Positions 1 through 8,640 are shown, counted from the stretch's first letter. The stretch: DNA of 26,204 nt from an uncultured Roseobacteraceae bacterium (GCA_964444995.1 CAYUJH010000001.1:1-26204), one strand, 5' to 3'. Made by a program: numbers and translations. The notes: a model not told the origin generated them from the letters alone.

Positions 1-896
1 TTGGCTACTGCAACGCCTACGCGTGTGCGGCCGTAGAGGTGCGTGCTATCGCCCAAGGCGAGGTTCACCTGTGCGCCTTGTACGTTTTTGTAATACTGTA
101 AGAACTCCGAGGAGGACTGCTGAAAGACAAGGTCGCCGGCTTCAAGGCTGCCTTTTTCATGTTTTAGCCCGATATACACGCGGTCAAACGTTTGGATTTG
201 CTGCGTATTTCCTTCGGGCTGATAGGGCACTTGTTGGTCGGAAAGCACTGCTTCGATGCGCAGTGCTTCAGTAAGCTGTCCGCTGAGTTGTAAGTTAAGG
301 GCAGAATTGACAAACACATCCTGCGCCGAGCCGAACGAAACGGCTCTTGTCAGGCTGCCTGTTTTTTTCACTTCTGCGCCATTATCGAGATTTTCTGTGC
401 CCGAAATCGAAAAAAGGCCCTCGCGCTCTAGGCCCCATGCCCCTTCGCTGCGCGTGGGGACTGGCAGGCGGAGTTCGAGCGAGTCGCGCTCCTTAATTTG
501 GTTGGGTTCTCGCAGCCGAACCACGCCGGAAAACAGAAACGGAAATACGCGATAACATATCTCTATTGAATCGGGAGGAGCGAACGAACCCACAGGGGTA
601 AGCTGTAGGGTGTTTTGGGCGAAGTCGAAATGGGCGACGAGCAAACTATCGGGCAGGCTGCCCGGCCGTCGTGCCGTTTTCCAAAGTGCCCGAAGGCGAA
701 TGCTCTCCTCAGCGACCGAGAGCGTATCGAGCAAAAAGGGAGTTACAGACCATGCTACGCGCCTGCAACGCAAATTAGACACCTCGTCGGCACGTTCTTG
801 CGCGTACGCTTCACCGGCAGTCGCAAGCCAAATTGCAAGCCACATCCAGAGCAATCCTCGAAAGGCAAGGGAGAGGTGAAAAGTTGGAAAGGTCAT
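1..896 (-). CDS. Large exported/outer-membrane hypothetical protein of a conserved Bacteroidota family, 5' part (truncated at window start)
   Basis: Manual minus-strand translation from ATG at 896 is open through position 1: MTFPTFHLSLAFRGLLWMWLAIWLATAGEAYA-QE (signal peptide I, Gln start)...KTGSLTRAVSFGSAQDVFVNSALNLQLSGQL...LSDQQVPYQPEGNTQQIQTFDRVYIGL...AGDLVFQQSSSEFLQYYKNVQGAQ...VGVAVA. It is absent from the ORF track because no stop lies in the window. Family membership is from recalled similarity. Confidence 0.85.
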   Translation of the reverse strand, partial: MTFPTFHLSLAFRGLLWMWLAIWLATAGEAYAQERADEVSNLRCRRVAWSVTPFLLDTLSVAEESIRLRALWKTARRPGSLPDSLLVAHFDFAQNTLQLTPVGSFAPPDSIEICYRVFPFLFSGVVRLREPNQIKERDSLELRLPVPTRSEGAWGLEREGLFSISGTENLDNGAEVKKTGSLTRAVSFGSAQDVFVNSALNLQLSGQLTEALRIEAVLSDQQVPYQPEGNTQQIQTFDRVYIGLKHEKGSLEAGDLVFQQSSSEFLQYYKNVQGAQVNLALGDSTHLYGRTRVGVAVA

Positions 897-1217
897 AAAA
901 GAGTGCGGCCTCGAGAAAAAAGTTCTTGAGCGAGTGTATGTAAAGAATTGAAAAGAAGTAAGCGGCGTACTTGCTGGCTTTGTGTAGTATAACTACATGG
1001 GAGCGTTGCGCACTTGCCGTAAAAATAAACAACAACAAGTACGCAAAACTACGCAGTACCCAAACCGGTATTACCAGACAGTAAAAAGGGCTTATGTTCC
1101 CAAGGCTCTGCTACATAACGCATATTTGGCACTGAAAATCTTTTTGAGTTGTATGCTTATTTGATAAGAAGCCAATTACTTTCTCCGACTTGTTAACATT
1201 TAGAAGTAAAAAAATGA

Positions 1218-1225
1218 TATTTTTG
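1218..1225 (+). promoter_or_regulatory. Candidate Bacteroidota -7 promoter element (TATTTTTG) for glmM
   Basis: Matches TAnnTTTG 25 nt upstream of the TTG start; no well-spaced -33 TTTG. Confidence 0.5.
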
Positions 1226-1250
1226 CCGCCTAATCAAAGTTTTAAGCATT

Positions 1251-2651
1251 TTGACACTTATCAAATCAATTTCGGGAATACGAGGTACTATCGGTGGAGA
1301 AGCAGGCCAAAACCTGACCCCGCCCGATGTCGTGAAGTTTGTGAGCGCGTACGGCGCATGGATGCGTGCCAACGAACAGCTACCTAAGAAAGTAGTAGTT
1401 GGGCGCGACGCACGCATTTCGGGAAGCCTCATCGGCCAACTCGTTACCGCTACGCTCTGTAGCATGGGTATCGATGTGGTGGACATCGGCTTGGCTACTA
1501 CGCCTACCGTTGCGATGGCCGTGCCCGAAGTACAAGCAGGGGGAGGTATCATTGTTACTGCTAGCCATAACCCGGCAAACTGGAACGCACTCAAACTCCT
1601 AAACGCAGAGGGTGAATTTCTTGACGATGCCAACAGCAAACGCGTAGTAGAACTTGCCGAAGCAGGGAACTTTGTATATGCAACCAACCAAAAACTTGGT
1701 AAAATATATCCCGACACCACGCAGCTCGACACGCACATTGAAAAGATTTTGGCACTGCCACTTGTAGATACCCAGGCAATCGCCGCGAAAGGCTTTCGCA
1801 TTTTGGTCGATGGAGTCAATTCGGTGGGCGGCTTTGCCGTGCCAAAGCTACTCGAAGCCCTCGGCGTGCACGACGTACAAGTAATTTACGGAGAGCCTAC
1901 TGGCAAATTTGCGCACAATCCCGAACCGCTTCCGGAGCACCTCACCGAACTTTGCCACAAAATGGAGGTAGGCAACTACCACCTAGGCATCGCCGTGGAC
2001 CCCGACGTAGATAGACTCGCATTTGTTTCGGAAGACGGTACGCCTTTTGGCGAAGAATATACCCTCGTAGCGGTAAGCCACTACGTACTCACCCACACAG
2101 CTGGCAATACGGTCTCAAACCTTTCTTCCACCCGCGCCCTGCGCGACGTTACCGAGAAGGCGGGCGGCACACATTATGCCTCTCTCGTAGGAGAGGCCAA
2201 CGTAGTAGTCAAAATGAAGGAATGTCAGGCTATTATTGGCGGAGAAGGCAACGGCGGGGTTATCTACCCACCCCTGCACTACGGCCGCGACGCACTTGTA
2301 GGCATCGCGCTGTTTCTTTCGCATCTTGCCCATTTTAAGGGTACTGCCAAAATGTTGCGCAAAACCTATCCCGACTACTACATTGCCAAAAACAAGATAG
2401 AACTTACCCCGGAGATAGATGTAGACCACGTGCTCGAAAAAATGAAAGAGCGCTATCAAAACATGCCTATCAATACGGAAGACGGCGTAAAAATAGAGTT
2501 TGAGCAAGAATGGGTGCACCTTAGAAAGTCGAACACCGAACCGATTATTCGCATTTACTCCGAGTCCGACTCGCTTTCTACCTCCGAGCATCTGGCCAAT
2601 AAAATCATCGAAGATATCAAAGAAATCATAGCCTTTCGCGCCGAAGAGTAG
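1251..2651 (+). CDS. glmM: Phosphoglucosamine mutase (alpha-D-phosphohexomutase family)
   Basis: 466 aa, TTG start. N-terminus MTLIKSISGIRGTIGG, catalytic Ser motif VTASHNP, metal loop DPDVDR, sugar-binding GGEGNGG, C-terminal LRKSNTEPIIRIYSE. Confidence 0.93.
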   Translation: MTLIKSISGIRGTIGGEAGQNLTPPDVVKFVSAYGAWMRANEQLPKKVVVGRDARISGSLIGQLVTATLCSMGIDVVDIGLATTPTVAMAVPEVQAGGGIIVTASHNPANWNALKLLNAEGEFLDDANSKRVVELAEAGNFVYATNQKLGKIYPDTTQLDTHIEKILALPLVDTQAIAAKGFRILVDGVNSVGGFAVPKLLEALGVHDVQVIYGEPTGKFAHNPEPLPEHLTELCHKMEVGNYHLGIAVDPDVDRLAFVSEDGTPFGEEYTLVAVSHYVLTHTAGNTVSNLSSTRALRDVTEKAGGTHYASLVGEANVVVKMKECQAIIGGEGNGGVIYPPLHYGRDALVGIALFLSHLAHFKGTAKMLRKTYPDYYIAKNKIELTPEIDVDHVLEKMKERYQNMPINTEDGVKIEFEQEWVHLRKSNTEPIIRIYSESDSLSTSEHLANKIIEDIKEIIAFRAEE

Positions 2652-2704
2652 CGCGTAGGGTGCAGCACACAACGGATTACCTATCAGTTTAATACCTTAG
2701 TTCT

Positions 2705-3838
2705 ATGAGAGCCTACCTAGACAGCGCCGCTACTACCTCGCTCGCTCCCGAAGTACTCGAAGCAATGCTGCCCTTCCTGCGCGACGGGTTCGGCAATCCC
2801 TCCTCTACCCACTCCCACGGGCGCGAAGTCCGCAGTGCTGTAGAAAAAGCCCGCCGAACAATAGCCGAACAGCTCAATGCCTTCCCTTCTGAAATCTATT
2901 TCACCTCCGGAGGCACAGAGGCCGACAATACCTTTCTGCGAGGTACAGTTGCTACGCAAGGCACACAACACGTTATCAGCAGCCCTTTAGAGCACCACGC
3001 CGTATTGCATACCCTTGAAGACCTCGCACATAGAGGCACTATTCAGCTTCATTTTGTAGAGCACGACCAACAGGGTGTCTTCAACCTCGACCACCTCGCC
3101 GCCCTATTGGGTCAATATCCCCATGCCCTCGTTTCGCTCATGCACGGCAACAACGAATTGGGCAACCTCAATCCACTTGCCGCCATCGCCGAACTTTGCA
3201 AAGCACACGGCGCTACGTTTCATAGCGATACCGTGCAGACGATTGGCTATTATCCCCTCAATACCAAAGAGCTACACGCGCAGGGGCTGGTAGGTGCCGC
3301 CCACAAATTCCATGGGCCCAAAGGCGTAGGCTTCCTGTATCTGAAAAAAGGCTTTAAAGTATCGGCATTTGTTACCGGTGGTGGCCAAGAGCGCAACCTA
3401 CGCGGGGGCACTGAAAACACCTATGCCATCATAGGCATGGCAAAAGCCCTCGAACTCTCTTTGAGTACACGCGAAAAAGCCCTAGCCCACATGCGCCAGC
3501 TCAAAGCGCAAATGATAGCCCTTTTACACCAACATCTGCCGACTAACTCGTTTACGTTCCATGGTCTATCTGCCAACGAGGAGAGCAGTCTGCCTTCGGT
3601 GCTGAATGTAGGTATCTCGCACCCTGCAGCTGGTATGCTGCTCTTCAACCTCGACCTACAGGGCATCTCTGCTTCTGGGGGAAGTGCCTGTTCGAGCGGT
3701 TCGCAGGTAGGCTCTCACGTAATCAGCGCGTTAAATCTGCCTGTAGGCTATACACCGGTGCGCTTCTCGTTTAGCAAATACACCACCCTTGCCGAGGTAA
3801 AATATGCCGTAGAGCAACTGGCCAAACTACTCTCCTAA
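2705..3838 (+). CDS. iscS: Cysteine desulfurase, group I (IscS/NifS-like), PLP-dependent
   Basis: 377 aa. YLDSAATT, GNPSS, FTSGGTEADN, PLP-lysine motif AHKFHGPKG, GGGQERNLRGGTEN, catalytic Cys in SGGSACSSGS. Confidence 0.92.
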   Translation: MRAYLDSAATTSLAPEVLEAMLPFLRDGFGNPSSTHSHGREVRSAVEKARRTIAEQLNAFPSEIYFTSGGTEADNTFLRGTVATQGTQHVISSPLEHHAVLHTLEDLAHRGTIQLHFVEHDQQGVFNLDHLAALLGQYPHALVSLMHGNNELGNLNPLAAIAELCKAHGATFHSDTVQTIGYYPLNTKELHAQGLVGAAHKFHGPKGVGFLYLKKGFKVSAFVTGGGQERNLRGGTENTYAIIGMAKALELSLSTREKALAHMRQLKAQMIALLHQHLPTNSFTFHGLSANEESSLPSVLNVGISHPAAGMLLFNLDLQGISASGGSACSSGSQVGSHVISALNLPVGYTPVRFSFSKYTTLAEVKYAVEQLAKLLS

Positions 3839-3923
3839 GCAGGGCGTACACGCATACACCTGCGCATTTGTAGGCGTGCTCAACAGAAGTTGGTGATATT
3901 GAGAAGAAAAAGGTAAAATATTT

Positions 3924-3954
3924 TTTGTATTTTAAAAAAACAGTGCTACCTTTG
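3924..3954 (+). promoter_or_regulatory. Bacteroidota primary-sigma promoter (-33 TTTG / -7 TACCTTTG) driving the rplP-rplQ operon
   Basis: TTTG at 3924-3927, 19-nt spacer, TACCTTTG at 3947-3954 followed by CA. Matches the Bacteroidota consensus TTTG-N19-21-TAnnTTTG. Confidence 0.85.
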
Positions 3955-3959
3955 CACTC

Positions 3960-4107
3960 CCTTATGAGATACTATGCGTATTTAACATGCGCAAAAGTCT
4001 CGTTCCATTACGCATTCAACAATACTGTAGTATATAATCTGAAAAGAAACTCAGCCGTAATTTCGGTTGGGTGATGAGACGTTTTTCTACTTTAACAAGC
4101 ATCTGCT
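3960..4107 (+). promoter_or_regulatory. Structured 5' leader of rplP operon (putative cis-regulatory RNA)
   Basis: About 150 nt between promoter and rplP ATG, with complementary segments GAGAT(3966-70)/GTCTC(3997-4001), TGCGTA(3975-80)/TGCGCA(3988-93), CTCAGCCG(4050-57)/CGGTTGGG(4064-71). Confidence 0.4.
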
Positions 4108-4527
4108 ATGTTACAACCAAAAAGAGTAAAATTCAGAAAAAAGCAGAAGGGCAGGGTGCGCGGAGTCGCACAGCGTGGCCATACAATTTCCTTTGGTAGC
4201 TTTGGAATCAAGTCGCTAGAAGCTGGCTGGCTTACCTCGCGCCAAATTGAAGCTGCGCGTATAGCCCTAACCCGCTCTATGAAAAGAGAAGGTAAGGTAT
4301 GGATTCGCATCTTCCCCGATAAGCCTATCACCAAGAAGCCTGCCGAGGTACGTATGGGTAAAGGTAAAGGTGCTCCCGAGTACTGGGTAGCCACGATACG
4401 CCCGGGCACAATTCTTTTCGAGTCCGACGGTGTTGCCCTTGAAGTAGCAAAAGAGTCTATGCGTCTTGCTGCTCAGAAACTTCCCGTTAAAACAAAATTC
4501 GTTACACGCGTAGATTATAACGGTTAA
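4108..4527 (+). CDS. rplP: 50S ribosomal protein L16 (uL16)
   Basis: [16 protein letters not shown]...[23 protein letters not shown]. Confidence 0.99.
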   Translation: MLQPKRVKFRKKQKGRVRGVAQRGHTISFGSFGIKSLEAGWLTSRQIEAARIALTRSMKREGKVWIRIFPDKPITKKPAEVRMGKGKGAPEYWVATIRPGTILFESDGVALEVAKESMRLAAQKLPVKTKFVTRVDYNG

Positions 4528-4533
4528 TAAGCC

Positions 4534-4860
4534 ATGAAACAACAGGTAGTAGAATATAGAAACATGAGTGTTGCAGATTTGCACGGAAGCATAGCCGCAG
4601 AAGAGCGCGAGCTACAACGCCTAAAGTTTGCCCACGCCATCACTCCGTTGGCAGACCCCAGCCGCATCACGAAGACCCGCAAGGCTATTGCCACGATGAA
4701 AACCATCCTCAGCGAGCGCGTAGCCGAAAGTCTGAGCACAAAAATCGCAAGTGGTGAAATCACCCTAGAGAACATCTATGCTCACTTGGGTAAAGGAGAG
4801 TATCCTATCACATTAAGAAAATCGAGAGTTAAAAGCCTGTTTGCCCAACACGGTAAATAA
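4534..4860 (+). CDS. rpmC: 50S ribosomal protein L29 (uL29) with about 46-aa C-terminal extension
   Basis: Core aa 1-62 (ELQRLKFAHAITPLADPSRITKTRKAIATMKTILSER) in the syntenic slot between rplP and rpsQ; the ORF continues to 108 aa. Confidence 0.95.
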   Translation: MKQQVVEYRNMSVADLHGSIAAEERELQRLKFAHAITPLADPSRITKTRKAIATMKTILSERVAESLSTKIASGEITLENIYAHLGKGEYPITLRKSRVKSLFAQHGK

Positions 4861-4871
4861 AATAAACGAAG

Positions 4872-5129
4872 ATGGAAGAAAGGAAACGCAGAAAAGAAAG
4901 AATAGGCATGGTAGTAAGCAACAAGATGCAATCTTCGATTGTCGTTGTGGTGGAAAGAAAGCTCAAACACCCTATCTACGGGAAATTCACCAAAAAAACT
5001 ACCCGATTCATGGCTCACGATGAGCAGAACCAATGCCAAATCGGCGATAAAGTTCGCATCATGGAAACGCGCCCCTTGAGCAAAAATAAAAGATGGCGTC
5101 TTGTAGAAATCATAGAAAGAGCGCGCTAA
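4872..5129 (+). CDS. rpsQ: 30S ribosomal protein S17 (uS17)
   Basis: [14 protein letters not shown]...HPIYGKF...HDEQN...[14 protein letters not shown]. Confidence 0.99.
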   Translation: MEERKRRKERIGMVVSNKMQSSIVVVVERKLKHPIYGKFTKKTTRFMAHDEQNQCQIGDKVRIMETRPLSKNKRWRLVEIIERAR

Positions 5130-5174
5130 TACCCACTATACACACAAAGGTTTCAAGTTCAAATTTGTTTAGAG

Positions 5175-5543
5175 ATGATACAGCAAGAATCAAGATTAAC
5201 CGTAGCCGATAATAGTGGTGCCAAAGAAGTGCTTTGTATCCGCGTACTCGGAGGTACAGGCAAACGCTATGCCTCTGTAGGAGATAAAATTGTAGTAACC
5301 GTTAAGTCGGCCATTTCTTCGAGCAACCTCAAGAAAGGAACAGTCTCTAAAGCTGTCATTGTGCGCACTAAGAAAGAAGTGAGAAGAAAAGACGGTTCGT
5401 ACATTCGCTTCGAAGACAACGCCGCCGTATTGCTCAACAACAACAATGAGCCACGTGGTACCCGCATCTTCGGGCCTGTTGCGCGCGAGTTGCGTGAAAA
5501 GCAATTCATGAAAATAGTTTCGTTAGCTCCTGAAGTATTGTAG
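5175..5543 (+). CDS. rplN: 50S ribosomal protein L14 (uL14)
   Basis: [17 protein letters not shown]...[10 protein letters not shown]...[13 protein letters not shown]. Confidence 0.99.
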   Translation: MIQQESRLTVADNSGAKEVLCIRVLGGTGKRYASVGDKIVVTVKSAISSSNLKKGTVSKAVIVRTKKEVRRKDGSYIRFEDNAAVLLNNNNEPRGTRIFGPVARELREKQFMKIVSLAPEVL

Positions 5544-5545
5544 CA

Positions 5546-5878
5546 ATGAGTAGTAAAGTAAAAATCAAAATAAAGAAAGGCGATAGCGTGCGTGTAATCG
5601 CAGGAAACCACAAAGGTAAAGAAGGAAAAGTCCTTAAAGTCCTGCAAGAAAAAGGCCGCGCCATTGTTGAAGACACCAACATTATCACAAAACACGTGAA
5701 GCCTTCGGCCAATAAGCCCGAAGGAGGTGTGCAGCGAACCGAAGCTCCTATCGAGTTAAGCAATCTTATGTTGCTCGACCCCAAGACAGGAGAACCTACA
5801 CGCGTAGGACGTAAGATTGACGAAAAGACTGGAAAGTTAAAAAGATACGCTAAGAAAACCGGAGAATTCATTGACTAA
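5546..5878 (+). CDS. rplX: 50S ribosomal protein L24 (uL24)
   Basis: KOW motif [24 protein letters not shown]...[11 protein letters not shown]. Confidence 0.99.
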   Translation: MSSKVKIKIKKGDSVRVIAGNHKGKEGKVLKVLQEKGRAIVEDTNIITKHVKPSANKPEGGVQRTEAPIELSNLMLLDPKTGEPTRVGRKIDEKTGKLKRYAKKTGEFID

Positions 5879-6423
5879 TGGCGGCACCTAGATTAAAAAA
5901 GAAGTACCAGGAAGAGATTGCACCGATGCTTAAAGAAAAATTTGAGCTAAAAACGGTTATGCAAGTTCCCAAATTAGAGAAGATTTCCATCAACCGAGGC
6001 ATCGGCGAAGCAGTTGCCGATAAAAAGTTGGTAGATATTGGCCTAGAAGAGCTTACGATCATTGCAGGTCAGAAAGCTGTACCTACGATTGCCAAAAAAT
6101 CAGTCTCTAACTTTAAATTGCGCGAAGGAATGCCGATTGGAGCGCGCGTTACCTTGCGCGGAGACCGCATGTACGAGTTCTTAGACAGACTCGTAACGAT
6201 TGCCCTCCCGCGTGTGCGCGACTTTAAAGGCGTAAGCGACAAGAGCTTCGACGGACGAGGCAACTACACACTCGGCGTGAAAGAGCAAATCATTTTCCCT
6301 GAAATCTCGATTGATAAGGTGAAAAAAATTGCTGGTCTCGACATTACGTTCGTCGTCAAATCAGAGTCCGACGAGCAAAGTTATGAGTTGCTGAAAGCCC
6401 TCGGAATGCCTTTTAAAAAATAA
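5878..6423 (+). CDS. rplE: 50S ribosomal protein L5 (uL5)
   Basis: [14 protein letters not shown]...[13 protein letters not shown]...[10 protein letters not shown]...[10 protein letters not shown]; TAATG stop/start overlap with rplX. Confidence 0.99.
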   Translation: MAAPRLKKKYQEEIAPMLKEKFELKTVMQVPKLEKISINRGIGEAVADKKLVDIGLEELTIIAGQKAVPTIAKKSVSNFKLREGMPIGARVTLRGDRMYEFLDRLVTIALPRVRDFKGVSDKSFDGRGNYTLGVKEQIIFPEISIDKVKKIAGLDITFVVKSESDEQSYELLKALGMPFKK

Positions 6424-6437
6424 AAATAACAAGAGAA

Positions 6438-6707
6438 ATGGCTAAAGAATCAATCAAAGCACGTGAGAGAAAGCGTGAAAAATTGGTGGCAAAGTATGCA
6501 AAAAAGCGTGCAGAGCTGAAAGAACAAGGGGATTATTTGGCGCTCGATAAATTGCCCAGAAATGCATCACCCGTGCGCCTGCACAACCGCTGTAAACTCA
6601 CCGGACGCCCCAAGGGCTACATGAGACGGTTTGGTATATCTAGGGTAACATTTCGGGAGTTAGCTTCACAGGGTAAGATTCCGGGAGTTACTAAGGCAAG
6701 TTGGTAG
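6438..6707 (+). CDS. rpsN: 30S ribosomal protein S14 (uS14), 89-aa zinc-independent form
   Basis: MAKES...[31 protein letters not shown]...PGVTKASW. Confidence 0.99.
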   Translation: MAKESIKARERKREKLVAKYAKKRAELKEQGDYLALDKLPRNASPVRLHNRCKLTGRPKGYMRRFGISRVTFRELASQGKIPGVTKASW

Positions 6708-6760
6708 TGTACACACGCCAAGTTTCAAACTGCGATCGAAGAAATTAAATAGATAATGTA

Positions 6761-7159
6761 ATGACAGATCCAATAGCTGATTACTTAACGAGATTAAGAA
6801 ACGCCATTAAAGCTAATCATCGTATAGTCGAGATTCCAGCCTCCAATATCAAAAAAGAGATTACTAAAGTGCTCTACGATAAAGGCTACATACAAGGATA
6901 TAAGTTTGTGGACGGAGGAAACACACAGGGGATTATCAAAATCGCCCTGAAGTATAACCCCAAAACAAAACTTTCCGCTATGGTGCACCTAGAGCGTGCC
7001 AGCCGTCCTGGTTTGCGCAAATACTCAAGAGCCGACGGAATGCCACGTGTACTCAATGGCTTAGGCATCGCCATCGTATCCACTTCGCGTGGGGTCATGA
7101 CCGATAAAGAAGCGAGAAGCCTGCACGTAGGCGGCGAGGTGCTCTGCTATGTTTACTAA
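6761..7159 (+). CDS. rpsH: 30S ribosomal protein S8 (uS8)
   Basis: MTDPIADYLTRLRNA...SRPGLRKY...GLGIAIVSTSRGVMTDKEAR...GGEVLCYVY. Confidence 0.99.
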   Translation: MTDPIADYLTRLRNAIKANHRIVEIPASNIKKEITKVLYDKGYIQGYKFVDGGNTQGIIKIALKYNPKTKLSAMVHLERASRPGLRKYSRADGMPRVLNGLGIAIVSTSRGVMTDKEARSLHVGGEVLCYVY

Positions 7160-7176
7160 TATAAAAAGATAAAGTT

Positions 7177-7734
7177 ATGTCTCGAATAGGAAGTAGTCCC
7201 ATTAAAATACCCGCAAATGTTAAGGTAAATGTGGAACAAGGCGTAGTAACGGTAGAAGGCCCAAAAGGAAAACTCACACAGCACATCGCCGCCGATATTG
7301 AGTTTGCACTCGAAGATGGTCAGTTTACCCTCACACGTAAGTCGGATAGCAAACCCGATAAGGCTAAGCACGGTCTGTACCGCTCGCTAATTGCTAATAT
7401 GGTTACAGGCGTAACAGAAGGTTATAAACATACCCTCGAACTTGTGGGCGTAGGTTTTAAGGCCGAAGCGCGCAGTAAACAACTCTTGGAGATGAGCCTT
7501 GGGTATTCTCACAGCGTGTATTTCCAACTTCCCGACGGAGTATCCGCTGCTACAGAAACACTGAAAGGTAAAAGCCCTACGATTACGCTTGAAAGCATTG
7601 ATAAGCAACTTTTGGGGCAAATCTCTGCCAAACTCAAGTCGCTACGGAAAGTAGAACCGTACAAAGGAAAAGGTATCCGCTTCAAAGGCGAGCAAATTAG
7701 AAGAAAAGCAGGTAAGACTGGAGGTAAGAAATAA
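7177..7734 (+). CDS. rplF: 50S ribosomal protein L6 (uL6)
   Basis: MSRIG...VEGPKGKL...HGLYRSLIANMVTGV...EPYKGKGIRF. Confidence 0.99.
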   Translation: MSRIGSSPIKIPANVKVNVEQGVVTVEGPKGKLTQHIAADIEFALEDGQFTLTRKSDSKPDKAKHGLYRSLIANMVTGVTEGYKHTLELVGVGFKAEARSKQLLEMSLGYSHSVYFQLPDGVSAATETLKGKSPTITLESIDKQLLGQISAKLKSLRKVEPYKGKGIRFKGEQIRRKAGKTGGKK

Positions 7735-7743
7735 TCAATAACG

Positions 7744-8094
7744 ATGAAACAGACTAAAACTTTGAGAAGACTGCGCATCAAAAGAAGCATCCGAAGTAAA
7801 ATTTCGGGTACTGCTGCGCGTCCGCGTATGTCAGTCTTTAAAAGCAACACAGGCATTTACGTACAGCTCATTGACGACACAATAGGCAAGACACTTGTAT
7901 CTGCTTCTTCGCGCGAACTTTCCGATGCAAAGAGCGTGAACGTGGCAATTGCTAAGCACGTAGGCGAGAAAATAGCCGAAAGAGCAAAAGAGCAGGGCAT
8001 ACAGACCGTAGTGTTCGACCGTAACGGCTATTTGTATCACGGTAAAGTGAAAGCATTGGCCGATGGCGCACGAGAAGCAGGGTTACAATTTTAA
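7744..8094 (+). CDS. rplR: 50S ribosomal protein L18 (uL18)
   Basis: [10 protein letters not shown]...[27 protein letters not shown]. Confidence 0.99.
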   Translation: MKQTKTLRRLRIKRSIRSKISGTAARPRMSVFKSNTGIYVQLIDDTIGKTLVSASSRELSDAKSVNVAIAKHVGEKIAERAKEQGIQTVVFDRNGYLYHGKVKALADGAREAGLQF

Positions 8095-8108
8095 AAATCA
8101 CCAGAAAC

Positions 8109-8627
8109 ATGAACGACAAATTCAATAAAAAAGTAAGGCCAACTGACACTGAGTTAAAAGAGCGTGTGGTAGCCATCAAAAGAGTCGCCAAGGTGGTAAA
8201 AGGTGGTAGAAGATTTAGCTTCTCTGCCATCGTTGTAGTGGGCAACGGCAATGGTACAGTAGGTTATGGCTTGGGTAAAGCCAACGAGGTAACCGATGCA
8301 ATTACAAAAGGTATCGACGACGCGAAGAAAAACCTCATCACCGTACCGGTGCTTAAAGGAACTATCCCTCATTCCATGGAAGGCAAATACAGTGGAGGCT
8401 TTGTGCTATTGAAACCCGCTTCGGCAGGTACAGGCGTAATTGCCGGTGGTGCAATGCGTGCCGTACTCGAGTCGGCAGGGATCAAAGACGTGCTTGCAAA
8501 ATCTAAAGGCTCGTCAAACCCTCACAACGTAGTAAAAGCTACTTTTGATGCACTTGCCAAGATGCGCGACCCTCGTTCCGTAGCAATTCAGCGAGGAATC
8601 TCCCTCAATAAAGTTTTTAATGGTTAA
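8109..8627 (+). CDS. rpsE: 30S ribosomal protein S5 (uS5)
   Basis: [21 protein letters not shown]...GTGVIAGG...[12 protein letters not shown]. Confidence 0.99.
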   Translation: MNDKFNKKVRPTDTELKERVVAIKRVAKVVKGGRRFSFSAIVVVGNGNGTVGYGLGKANEVTDAITKGIDDAKKNLITVPVLKGTIPHSMEGKYSGGFVLLKPASAGTGVIAGGAMRAVLESAGIKDVLAKSKGSSNPHNVVKATFDALAKMRDPRSVAIQRGISLNKVFNG

Positions 8628-8640
8628 CTTTGCAGCCGAT

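Noticed and set aside
61-130. Suspected frameshift or stop in the minus-strand gene near 120
   Set aside because: Re-reading across the line break gives GDLVFQQSSSEFLQYYKNVQG with no interruption.
23-1038. Track ORFs 23-274, 256-555, 610-879, 615-929 (+) and 811-1038 (-)
   Set aside because: Shadows of the real minus-strand gene at 1-896, which has a signal peptide and conserved-looking motifs; these have none.
1251-1253. TTG start codon of glmM as a regulatory oddity
   Set aside because: The N-terminus aligns with the family start MTLIKSISG and non-ATG starts are common; not informative alone.
8620-8640. N-terminally extended uL30 from ATG 8620
   Set aside because: It overlaps the rpsE end; ATG 8641 gives the canonical 59-aa protein.
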